From a virus (taxonomy: Duplodnaviria > Caudoviricetes), in the IMG/VR virus record IMGVR_UViG_3300025115_000013, positions 1 through 54,915 of that record: a DNA stretch of 54,915 bases; one strand, 5' to 3'. Below the pieces are notes generated by a model. It did no database searches, had not been told where the DNA came from, and worked only from the letters and a program-made list of their open reading frames with translations. Below are positions 38,039 to 44,549 of the stretch, piece by piece (the stretch's first letter is position 1; each line of letters opens with the position of its first letter). Made by a program: the position numbers and the translations under genes.

Positions 38039-38599
38039 CTATGTTTCGCGTGCTCTACTATTTTCTGGAACGAACTGTAACAAGAACTCCATTTGATCAG
38101 CAAGAATGTTTCTGTTCTTTAAGATCAATGCTTCTTCTGGAGTTGGTGTGTACGGAACATACAACAACTCAAGTTGGGTGTCCTTTAACAACTTGTCACC
38201 TTTATGGCTGTTGCACTTACGGCATGCACACACTATGTTCATCCACGAATGTTGACCACCCTTTGACGACGGAACAATGTGATCCATAGTTGCTAAGTCG
38301 CCTTTACAGTGGCGGCCGCAGTATGCACACAAGTATCGGTCACGTCGAAATAAGTTTTCAGCAGTTAAAGCCGGAGTCTTATGTCTACGGGAGAACTTAC
38401 TCTTTACCCCAATGATGCTAGGAATAGTAATATTAGATTGTTCTCCAGTCATACGGCTGGTTCCGCCATGGAATGTAAAAGAATGTGATCCGTATTCCCA
38501 AGCTATAAGGTTCTTGTACTTTAAGACTACAGAATCTTGCCAGTGGCTCCACCGTTGTGGGTGGCCGTCAGCAGAACAAATTAATATGTTTGGTACCAC
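38039..38599 (-). CDS. HNH endonuclease (McrA-like)
   Basis: RRDRYLCAYCG, DHIVPSSKGG, NIVCACRKCNSHKG. Confidence 0.9.
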   Translation of the reverse strand: MVPNILICSADGHPQRWSHWQDSVVLKYKNLIAWEYGSHSFTFHGGTSRMTGEQSNITIPSIIGVKSKFSRRHKTPALTAENLFRRDRYLCAYCGRHCKGDLATMDHIVPSSKGGQHSWMNIVCACRKCNSHKGDKLLKDTQLELLYVPYTPTPEEALILKNRNILADQMEFLLQFVPENSRARET

Positions 38600-38652
38600 A
38601 ATACTACCCCTTTGCTAAAATGGGGTACTCCTATACCCCGGTTAAAAATCTT

Positions 38653-38742
38653 TGGCGGAGACCCAGGGAGTTGAACCCTGTGAGGATATTACTACCCTCT
38701 ACGGATTAGCAATCCGCTGCATTACCGTCCTGCCCGATCTCC
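38653..38742 (-). tRNA. tRNA-Ser(GCT)
   Basis: cloverleaf, long variable arm, CCA. Confidence 0.9.
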
Positions 38743-38798
38743 GTTTTCCTACGAACCTTTTCTGGATGATGCTCTGGAAGGGTATCATACTTAAAACT

Positions 38799-38882
38799 TG
38801 GCGGAGGATAATAGACTCGAACTATCAACCTTTCGGTGGGACGGTTTTCAAGACCGTGTGTTGCCCCGCAACCCTATCCTCC
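38799..38882 (-). tRNA. tRNA-Ser(TGA)
   Basis: cloverleaf, long variable arm, CCA. Confidence 0.88.
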
Positions 38883-38883
38883 G

Positions 38884-39513
38884 CTATTTTTCGTATAAAC
38901 TCGTAAACCCTTTTCCGTATCTATTTATAGCATACTCTAAGTACTTCTTAATATCTTTCTCAAACAAACAAACTATGTCAGGGTTAGACTGTTGTTTAAT
39001 ATTCCACTGAGGCGTTTTATAGCCTTTGATCTCGTATATTACTCCATTGATCACAAAGTCGGGATAATATTTTCTTTCTTTGCTCTCCCAGATATATGTC
39101 CGAACTTCTTTACACCGTTCAATTAATATATTATGATCTAAATGATAAAGCACAAACGCTAACTCCCAACTAGAATCACAAAAAATATTTTTATACCAAC
39201 CTTTTTTACCTCTGCCAGATCCTTGGCGCAGCCCACCGTTACTTATCTTTGCTTTCTCAGAAATTTTTCGTTTCCTGTCAACTTCCTTTTCGGGCGTTAG
39301 TCCTTTCCCTAAAGTTGATCCCTTAACCCCTTTGTTCCACGCAGTGTGTAACCCAGTTACACCTTTATTCCATGCAGGTAACCCTTTAGGTCTGTGAGCA
39401 TTTGGCGATTTATGTCTCTGTACACGATTCGGATTCTCTTTACAGAAAGGAGAGTGCGCTCCTAACCCACCTGGGTTACTGAATAATCGATTACAATATT
39501 CACAAGTAAGCAT
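38884..39513 (-). CDS. homing-type PD-(D/E)XK endonuclease with Zn finger and AWNKG repeats
   Basis: CEYC..H..C, AWNKG x2, DSSWELAF, YYPDF, YEIKG. Confidence 0.78.
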   Translation of the reverse strand: MLTCEYCNRLFSNPGGLGAHSPFCKENPNRVQRHKSPNAHRPKGLPAWNKGVTGLHTAWNKGVKGSTLGKGLTPEKEVDRKRKISEKAKISNGGLRQGSGRGKKGWYKNIFCDSSWELAFVLYHLDHNILIERCKEVRTYIWESKERKYYPDFVINGVIYEIKGYKTPQWNIKQQSNPDIVCLFEKDIKKYLEYAINRYGKGFTSLYEK

Positions 39514-39558
39514 AATATTATTTATGCCTCACAATCAAATCTGCTGCATTAAACCATG

Positions 39559-39774
39559 CTAAAACACTCTGCTTGCAAAATGCTTTAGGCTGGTAGGAGC
39601 ACAGGGATTCGAACCCTGACCTGGCAGATTAAAAGTCTGCTGTGCTTGACCGTTGACACCATACTCCCGTTGTGTTTCCATCTTTTCTTTACGGCGAGTT
39701 GCTTTGGTTGTTTTACCATGAGCACCCGCCTTTCGTTTATGGACATGTATGCCCATTGGGTTTCTTAGTTTCAT
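39559..39774 (-). CDS. small basic protein reading through tRNA-Lys
   Basis: MKLRNP..KRKAGAHGKTTKA; AGGAG RBS. Confidence 0.5.
   Translation of the reverse strand: MKLRNPMGIHVHKRKAGAHGKTTKATRRKEKMETQREYGVNGQAQQTFNLPGQGSNPCAPTSLKHFASRVF
39591..39668 (-). tRNA. tRNA-Lys(TTT)
   Basis: cloverleaf, CCA. Confidence 0.9.
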
Positions 39775-39919
39775 TTGCTTCTCCTTAGATAAATTTGTTA
39801 ATGCTATTACGATGCTTACAGCTCATTTTCTTGTAATACTTTCCTTTACACCCTGGGTTACGCTTGTCAGTAAAAACCTTACGATAAAGTGCTTTCATGT
39901 TGCTCTCCCATAAAATAAT

Positions 39920-39948
39920 AGTTTACTACATTTTGGTTTATTTGTCAA
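39920..39948 (-). promoter_or_regulatory. sigma70-type promoter
   Basis: GG-TTGACA-N17-TAAACT. Confidence 0.6.
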
Positions 39949-39958
39949 CCGAAAAATT

Positions 39959-40036
39959 TGGCCTCAGAGACAGGACTCGAACCTGCATAATCCTGTTTAG
40001 AAGACAGGTGCCTCATTCCAATTAGACTACTCTGAG
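39959..40036 (-). tRNA. tRNA-Arg(TCT)
   Basis: cloverleaf, CCA. Confidence 0.9.
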
Positions 40037-40042
40037 ATTGTT

Positions 40043-40120
40043 TGGCAGGGGTAGTTGGATTCGAACCAACGATACTGATTTCAAAGACCAGTGCCTTAGG
40101 CCGGACTAGGCGATACCCCA
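40043..40120 (-). tRNA. tRNA-Gln(TTG)
   Basis: cloverleaf, CCA. Confidence 0.9.
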
Positions 40121-40126
40121 ACTGTT

Positions 40127-40202
40127 TGGTCGCTAGAGTGACACTCGAAATCACACAGACATCGTTATGAGCGATGCGCTCTCCCTCTTAAGCTATCTAG
40201 CG
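40127..40202 (-). tRNA. tRNA-Met/Ile2(CAT)
   Basis: CT-CAT-AA loop, imperfect T stem, CCA. Confidence 0.8.
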
Positions 40203-40204
40203 TA

Positions 40205-40279
40205 TGGAGTGAGCGACAGGATTTGCACCTGCATAAGACTGGTTTGCAATCAGCCGCCTAGCTATTCAGCCACGCTCAC
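40205..40279 (-). tRNA. tRNA-Cys(GCA)
   Basis: U73, CCA. Confidence 0.88.
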
Positions 40280-40421
40280 ATTGTATTTGTATGCTCTGCT
40301 GTCTCTACTCAGCTCTAGTGCGTAGCTGCACACCCTTGACAGTCCCTAACTTGTTGCTTACGGGATTTCTCTGTTGTCAGTCCTAGTTTATCGCTAGTCC
40401 GGTTCCTAGGTAGGAACATTC

Positions 40422-40498
40422 TGGTGCCCTGCTTCAGAGTCGAACTGAAACACACTCACTTTTGAAGAGAGCCGCTTTACCAAATTGCGTAGCAGGGC
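40422..40498 (-). tRNA. tRNA-Leu(CAA), short variable loop
   Basis: TT-CAA-AA loop, CCA. Confidence 0.85.
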
Positions 40499-40505
40499 AG
40501 TATTA

Positions 40506-40579
40506 TGGTGCTCAAGTAAGGAATCAAACCTTAGACTCTGTCGTACCAAGACAGCGGTATACCATTTACCTACAAGAGC
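40506..40579 (-). tRNA. tRNA-Thr(GGT)
   Basis: cloverleaf, CCA. Confidence 0.88.
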
Positions 40580-40580
40580 A

Positions 40581-40677
40581 TGGTGGACTATGAAGGAATC
40601 GAACCTTCGAGCTGCCGTCGCATATTCAGTACCATACTTAAAGGGAATCGAACCCCAATACTCGCCATTTATAGCCC
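40581..40677 (-). ncRNA. tRNA-like RNA: Ala-type acceptor, two T-loops, no anticodon arm
   Basis: GGGCTAT/ATAGTCC-A-CCA; GTTCGATTC twice. Confidence 0.7.
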
Positions 40678-40683
40678 AGTTAC

Positions 40684-40755
40684 TGGTCCCCGCAGTAGGA
40701 TTCGAACCTACACAAGCTGGTTTAGGAAACCTGCTGCTGCTCCATCAGTGCGGAG
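40684..40755 (-). tRNA. tRNA-Arg(CCT), compact D arm
   Basis: TT-CCT-AA loop, CCA. Confidence 0.75.
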
Positions 40756-40761
40756 ATTAAT

Positions 40762-40885
40762 TGGTGCCGAGAGTAGGATTCGAACCTACAGTGATTGCCA
40801 AATCTAGCATTCTCTTGCGGAGAATACAACGGAATCGAACCGTATAACGCCTGCCGGCGTGTGTCTACCGTTTCACCATCCCAGC
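40762..40885 (-). ncRNA. tRNA-Leu-like body with ~50-nt structured insert replacing anticodon loop
   Basis: GCTGGGA/TCTCGGC-A-CCA, Leu-type D arm, extra ACGG-TTCGATT-CCGT hairpin. Confidence 0.7.
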
Positions 40886-40891
40886 AATTTT

Positions 40892-40969
40892 TGGTGCCCG
40901 AGGTGAGATTCGAACTCACAAAACTCTTGTCCCTCAAACAAGCGACTTTGCCAATTTGTCCACAAGGGC
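40892..40969 (-). tRNA. tRNA-Leu(GAG), short variable loop
   Basis: TT-GAG-GG loop, CCA. Confidence 0.85.
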
Positions 40970-40977
40970 ATGTTACT

Positions 40978-41053
40978 TGGTCCCACCACTCCGTAACGAT
41001 CGGAGATCCTCGGATTTTCAGTCCGCTGCATAGACCATCTTTGCTATAGTGGG
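40978..41053 (-). tRNA. tRNA-Phe(GAA)
   Basis: CT-GAA-AA loop; T loop ATCGTTA; CCA. Confidence 0.85.
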
Positions 41054-41061
41054 ATTGTCTT

Positions 41062-41136
41062 TGGTGCCTAGCGACAGACTTGCACTGTCCTCTGATGCTT
41101 ACAAGACATCTATGACGCTATCTACACTTGCTAGGC
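41062..41136 (-). tRNA. tRNA-Thr(TGT)
   Basis: CT-TGT-AA loop, CCA. Confidence 0.8.
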
Positions 41137-41143
41137 AAAATTT

Positions 41144-41228
41144 TGGAGGAGGATAATGAAATCGAATCATCGCCCTTTCGGACGGGCCTGCTTTCGAAAC
41201 AGGTTTTAGCCCAGCTAACCTATCCTCC
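41144..41228 (-). tRNA. tRNA-Ser(CGA)
   Basis: long variable arm, CCA. Confidence 0.85.
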
Positions 41229-41233
41229 ATGTT

Positions 41234-41317
41234 TGGAAGCCGTGGTAGGGCTTGAACCTACATGCCCGAAGGCCCCACTTTCAAAGAGTGGTGTGTCTAC
41301 CATTCCACCACACGGCT
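41234..41317 (-). tRNA. tRNA with TTG (Gln) anticodon on a Leu-like class II body
   Basis: CT-TTG-AA loop, GCC-TTCG-GGC variable arm, U73, CCA. Confidence 0.8.
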
Positions 41318-41323
41318 ATTGTT

Positions 41324-41399
41324 TGGTAGTCCAGGCTGGACTCGAACCAGCATAATCTTCGATGTCAACGAAGGTACTCACCTCTCATACCACTGGACT
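41324..41399 (-). tRNA. tRNA-Val(GAC)
   Basis: cloverleaf, CCA. Confidence 0.88.
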
Positions 41400-41403
41400 A
41401 TAT

Positions 41404-41480
41404 TGGTGCGCCGTATAGGAGTCGAACCTATATCATCCTGATTAAGAGTCAGGTATAATCAGCCATTATACGAACGACGC
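41404..41480 (-). tRNA. tRNA-Lys(CTT)
   Basis: cloverleaf, CCA. Confidence 0.9.
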
Positions 41481-41693
41481 GATGTTAGTAAATTACTACT
41501 AGTCTACGGTGTTTTATAGTTGCTGTTGCAGCAACCCACGGGTAGAAAAAGAAATCTAAGTAAAACTGTAATAGCAATATCGGCACTACATTACAAACAT
41601 TGTAGTATGATTCATATTGTTTCTGCATCTTATACCGATGCAAGCTTGTTACATTTGCGGTCATAATATGTATTTACCGCAACAGTAAGTATT

Positions 41694-41766
41694 TGGCACC
41701 CCATGAGCGAATCGAACGCCCGCCAGTGAGTTTCGAAGACTCTCCGCCGACTCCATCGGATGAGGC
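41694..41766 (-). tRNA. tRNA-Arg(TCG), compact D arm
   Basis: CT-TCG-AA loop, CCA. Confidence 0.78.
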
Positions 41767-41772
41767 AATGTT

Positions 41773-41875
41773 TGGTGGCCACAGAACAGGAGTTTAACCT
41801 GCTTAGTCAGAGACATAAGGGTTACACCTCGAGGATTCCCTTATCGTGCTGTCACGGCTGCTACGCATCTGCGCC
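41773..41875 (-). ncRNA. anticodon-less tRNA-like RNA
   Basis: bulged acceptor GGCGCAGA/TCTGTGGCC-A-CCA, T-arm GCAGG-TTAAACT-CCTGT, internal ATAAGGG/CCCTTAT helix. Confidence 0.55.
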
Positions 41876-41881
41876 ATTGTT

Positions 41882-41953
41882 TGGCCTCCCGTACACGAGT
41901 TGAACGTGTCATAGATGATTCGTAGTCATCAAGCCGGTTCCCCCGGACAGGAG
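41882..41953 (-). tRNA. tRNA-Arg(ACG), compact D arm
   Basis: CT-ACG-AA loop, CCA. Confidence 0.78.
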
Positions 41954-41961
41954 TTTATGTT

Positions 41962-42035
41962 TGGCAGGTCTAGAAGGAATCGAACCTCCGCCCGGTGTTT
42001 TGGAGACACTTACGCTACCATTACGCCATAGACCT
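41962..42035 (-). tRNA. tRNA-Trp(CCA)
   Basis: cloverleaf, CCA. Confidence 0.9.
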
Positions 42036-42299
42036 ATTTTGTTCTATTAAGAATACACCACGACAGTTATTGGCTGATAACTTGGAAATCTCATTGTTAT
42101 GGTCTTCTGCTATGTCAATAATTCGTTTTCTGTACTTCGCAACTGCATGAGGATCCATTGCAATAGCATATGCGATTTGTTGGCACTCATATGAGTATTC
42201 TTTAAACTTGCACATTGCAGGAGTCTTGCAAGTTTTAGTTATGTCACACTCCCAACACGGGGAGGCAAGAAGTGTATTAATCAGCTTATCTAGTATCAT
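42021..42299 (-). CDS. Cys-rich hypothetical protein
   Basis: 92 aa; ATAAATA upstream; stop inside tRNA-Trp. Confidence 0.45.
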   Translation of the reverse strand: MILDKLINTLLASPCWECDITKTCKTPAMCKFKEYSYECQQIAYAIAMDPHAVAKYRKRIIDIAEDHNNEISKLSANNCRGVFLIEQNRSMA

Positions 42300-42350
42300 T
42301 ATTTTTGTCCGTGTATTTTATTTATAACTGAATCGGGACTTGTTAAAACT

Positions 42351-42427
42351 TGGTGCGAGCGGTCAGATTCGAACTGACAAACACCAACTTCTAAGGATGG
42401 CGGCTATACCGATTCGCCTACGCTCGC
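42351..42427 (-). tRNA. tRNA-Leu(TAG), short variable loop
   Basis: CT-TAG-AA loop, CCA. Confidence 0.85.
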
Positions 42428-42443
42428 AAAATTACTTTAATCA

Positions 42444-42537
42444 TGGCTCCCCAGGACGGACTCGAACCGCCATATTACGCCTTTCGGCCTTTACGTCTGA
42501 TTAACAGTCAGGTCTCTTACCATTAGAGTACCGGGGA
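42444..42537 (-). tRNA. tRNA-Asn(GTT) with long variable region
   Basis: CT-GTT-AA loop, ~24-nt variable region with GCC-GAAA-GGC, G73, CCA. Confidence 0.82.
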
Positions 42538-42547
42538 ATTAATATAA

Positions 42548-42603
42548 CAGGATGCTTATTTTTCAATTAAAAGTTGAATTATGAGTTTGCTGGACGCATC
42601 CTT
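42548..42603 (-). ncRNA. small RNA carrying a Lys(UUU) anticodon stem-loop mimic
   Basis: AGGATGC/GCATCCT outer helix; inner TTCAA-CTTTTAA-TTGAA. Confidence 0.5.
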
Positions 42604-42621
42604 CTTATTCTTAAAAATTTA

Positions 42622-42695
42622 TATAAATACATTGTGAGTCGCGATGCGCTAACATCCACTCACCCTAGACTAACACACTAAACTCGGAGTCCAGC
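42622..42695 (+). promoter_or_regulatory. late promoter TATAAATA and structured leader of GIY-YIG gene
   Basis: GTGAG-TCGCGAT..ATCCA-CTCAC-CCTA..CAGC-ATG, shared with 9601-9669. Confidence 0.55.
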
Positions 42696-43289
42696 ATGTC
42701 TATTTATAAACCTACATTTCTTTACATAAAACAACATACCGTTACAGGTAAATTGTATTTTGGTAAAACTACTAAAAACCCCGAATCATACGCAGGATCA
42801 GGGAAATATTGGTTAGCCCACATTAACAAACATGGTAAAAATCATGTCGAAACATTGTGGTATTGTTTATTCTACGATAAAGACGACTGTGTTTCTTTTG
42901 CCCAACATTTTTCTAAACAACACGATATAGTTAACTCTGATGACTGGGCTAACTTAATGGTAGAAAATGGTTTAAATGGCGGGTTAGTTAAAAACAATTA
43001 CTTTAAAATATACAATACGATACCAAGAACAGAGGCCCAAAAGTACAACAGATCAGTTCAACAACAAGGGAAAGCCTCAAAAACGTACCCTGTTATAATC
43101 AATAATATCGAATATCCGTCTATTACTGCTGCTGGAAGAGCATTTAACTTAACCGATGCAGCAATTCACCATTGGATTAAACTCGGGAAAGCCACTAGAA
43201 AAGAAAGAGAATTTAGAAGTCCTCGATATAGCTGCATTTCTTGTCGCAAAGAGCTTTCTACAAAAACGTCCCATAGTTGTGTACTATAG
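42696..43289 (+). CDS. GIY-YIG (Seg-like) homing endonuclease with NUMOD1-like domain
   Basis: FLYIKQH..LYFGKT..YAGSGKYW, ENGL.GG, YPSITAAGR. Confidence 0.82.
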   Translation: MSIYKPTFLYIKQHTVTGKLYFGKTTKNPESYAGSGKYWLAHINKHGKNHVETLWYCLFYDKDDCVSFAQHFSKQHDIVNSDDWANLMVENGLNGGLVKNNYFKIYNTIPRTEAQKYNRSVQQQGKASKTYPVIINNIEYPSITAAGRAFNLTDAAIHHWIKLGKATRKEREFRSPRYSCISCRKELSTKTSHSCVL

Positions 43290-43300
43290 CATCCTAAACT

Positions 43301-43378
43301 TGGAGCGGGTATGGAGAGTCGAACTCCGCATTATCGGTTTGGAAGACCGCTGGACGCCCCTTGTCCTAATATACCCGC
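43301..43378 (-). tRNA. tRNA-Gly(TCC), possible 8/4 fold
   Basis: GCGGGTAT/ATACCCGC, 4-bp T stem, CT-TCC-AA loop, CCA. Confidence 0.82.
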
Positions 43379-43544
43379 ATGAATTCTGACCTGCCCTTTT
43401 TAGTCCAGGAGTACTCTCCTATCATCCAGGGTGTTGCAGCAGGCATACCCATTTAACTGTTGCAAATAGATCCCTCCCCGCGTTTGCAGCCCGGGTTACA
43501 AGAGGTTACAGTAGGATCGTCTACTAATCTAACCAGTTAAAATT

Positions 43545-43620
43545 TGGTGGACCAGTGGGGTAACGATCCCCAATCTCCGCATTGCAAGTGCGGCGTGTAG
43601 CCCTCTATCACTACCAGCCC
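43545..43620 (-). tRNA. tRNA-Ala(TGC)
   Basis: G3:U70; T loop ATCGTTA; CCA. Confidence 0.88.
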
Positions 43621-43627
43621 AAATGTA

Positions 43628-43702
43628 TGGCGACCTAGGAGGGAATCAAACCCTCGTCCCCTGATAGACAGTCAAGGATAATAATCACTATAAGACTAGG
43701 CC
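43628..43702 (-). tRNA. tRNA-Asp(GTC)
   Basis: cloverleaf, G73, CCA. Confidence 0.85.
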
Positions 43703-43708
43703 AAATTT

Positions 43709-43783
43709 TGGTCTCAGTGGTGTGACTCGAACACACATCGTCTCCGCCCCAAACGGAGTGACCCACCTTTAGCCCACACTGAG
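43709..43783 (-). tRNA. tRNA-Pro(TGG)
   Basis: cloverleaf, CCA. Confidence 0.88.
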
Positions 43784-43790
43784 AATATTT

Positions 43791-43865
43791 TGGTATACCG
43801 TAGGGGTTACGATCCCCTCTAGGTAGCTTGAAAGGCTACTGACCTCACCAGATGTCTAACGGTAT
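43791..43865 (-). tRNA. tRNA-Glu(TTC)
   Basis: CT-TTC-AA loop; T loop ATCGTAA; CCA. Confidence 0.85.
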
Positions 43866-43871
43866 ATTGTT

Positions 43872-43947
43872 TGGTAGTCCCACCAGGTAACGCTCCTGGA
43901 CCTGTCGCTTATCAGGCGACTGTACAGAACTTCTATACTATAGGACT
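43872..43947 (-). tRNA. tRNA-Ile(GAT)
   Basis: CT-GAT-AA loop; T loop AGCGTTA; CCA. Confidence 0.85.
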
Positions 43948-44067
43948 AAATCCTTTCTCAGCTCGAGGTTATGTCGTCTGAGACTGTGCAAATTAAACCA
44001 CCGCAGCGGGTATTGCACTTTAGCAGTATCAGTGACTGCTCGGCACTTGCATAAGTAAACAACTTAG

Positions 44068-44141
44068 GGGTGACCGGTGGGTAACGCTCCCACTCTACCT
44101 CTTTCACAGAGAGGGTTGCTAAACTTTTACAATACGGTCAC
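44068..44141 (-). tRNA. tRNA-His(GTG)
   Basis: C73, U at -1, ends CCT rather than CCA; flanked by extended helix. Confidence 0.82.
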
Positions 44142-44162
44142 ACTTAAATTGTCTACTGCATT

Positions 44163-44245
44163 TGGTGGGTGCCTGTGGTTTCGATCCACTCCCCGAAGGA
44201 CCAGTTTTACAGACTAGTTGCTGAAGCCATCAGCTTTCGACACCC
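44163..44245 (-). tRNA. tRNA-Tyr(GTA)
   Basis: variable arm CC-TTCG-GG; CCA. Confidence 0.82.
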
Positions 44246-44254
44246 GCTATTATA

Positions 44255-44340
44255 TGGTGGGTTAGGTTGGATTCGAACCAACTAAGCCTGAGGCAAGAGA
44301 TTTACAGTCTCCCGAGGATCGCCGTCTCCCCTGCTAACCC
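44255..44340 (-). tRNA. tRNA-Tyr(GTA)
   Basis: variable arm, CCA. Confidence 0.88.
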
Positions 44341-44346
44341 GTTGTT

Positions 44347-44441
44347 TGGTAGTCCCCCACGGTTACGATCCGTGCCGTTGCAGCCCATCTGACCGCTCTC
44401 CAGAGGATATAAATCTCCGCCGCTCACCAAAGCTGAGGACC
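44347..44441 (-). tRNA. tRNA-Ile(TAT) with long variable region
   Basis: TT-TAT-AT loop, ~25-nt variable region, CCA. Confidence 0.7.
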
Positions 44442-44549
44442 ATCTGTGTTATTTAAATATCCTTTGCAAGACATTTAAGTAACACAGCAGTGATCTAATA
44501 GATTATTATAATTACTGTAATCTATGGATTCAGTTGCTGTCGTTACACT

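Noticed and set aside
40684-40755. Amber suppressor or pyrrolysine tRNA
   Set aside because: Stem pairing centres the loop on CCT, not CTA
42351-42427. Suppressor tRNA
   Set aside because: TAG is the anticodon (reads CUA, Leu), not a stop-reading anticodon
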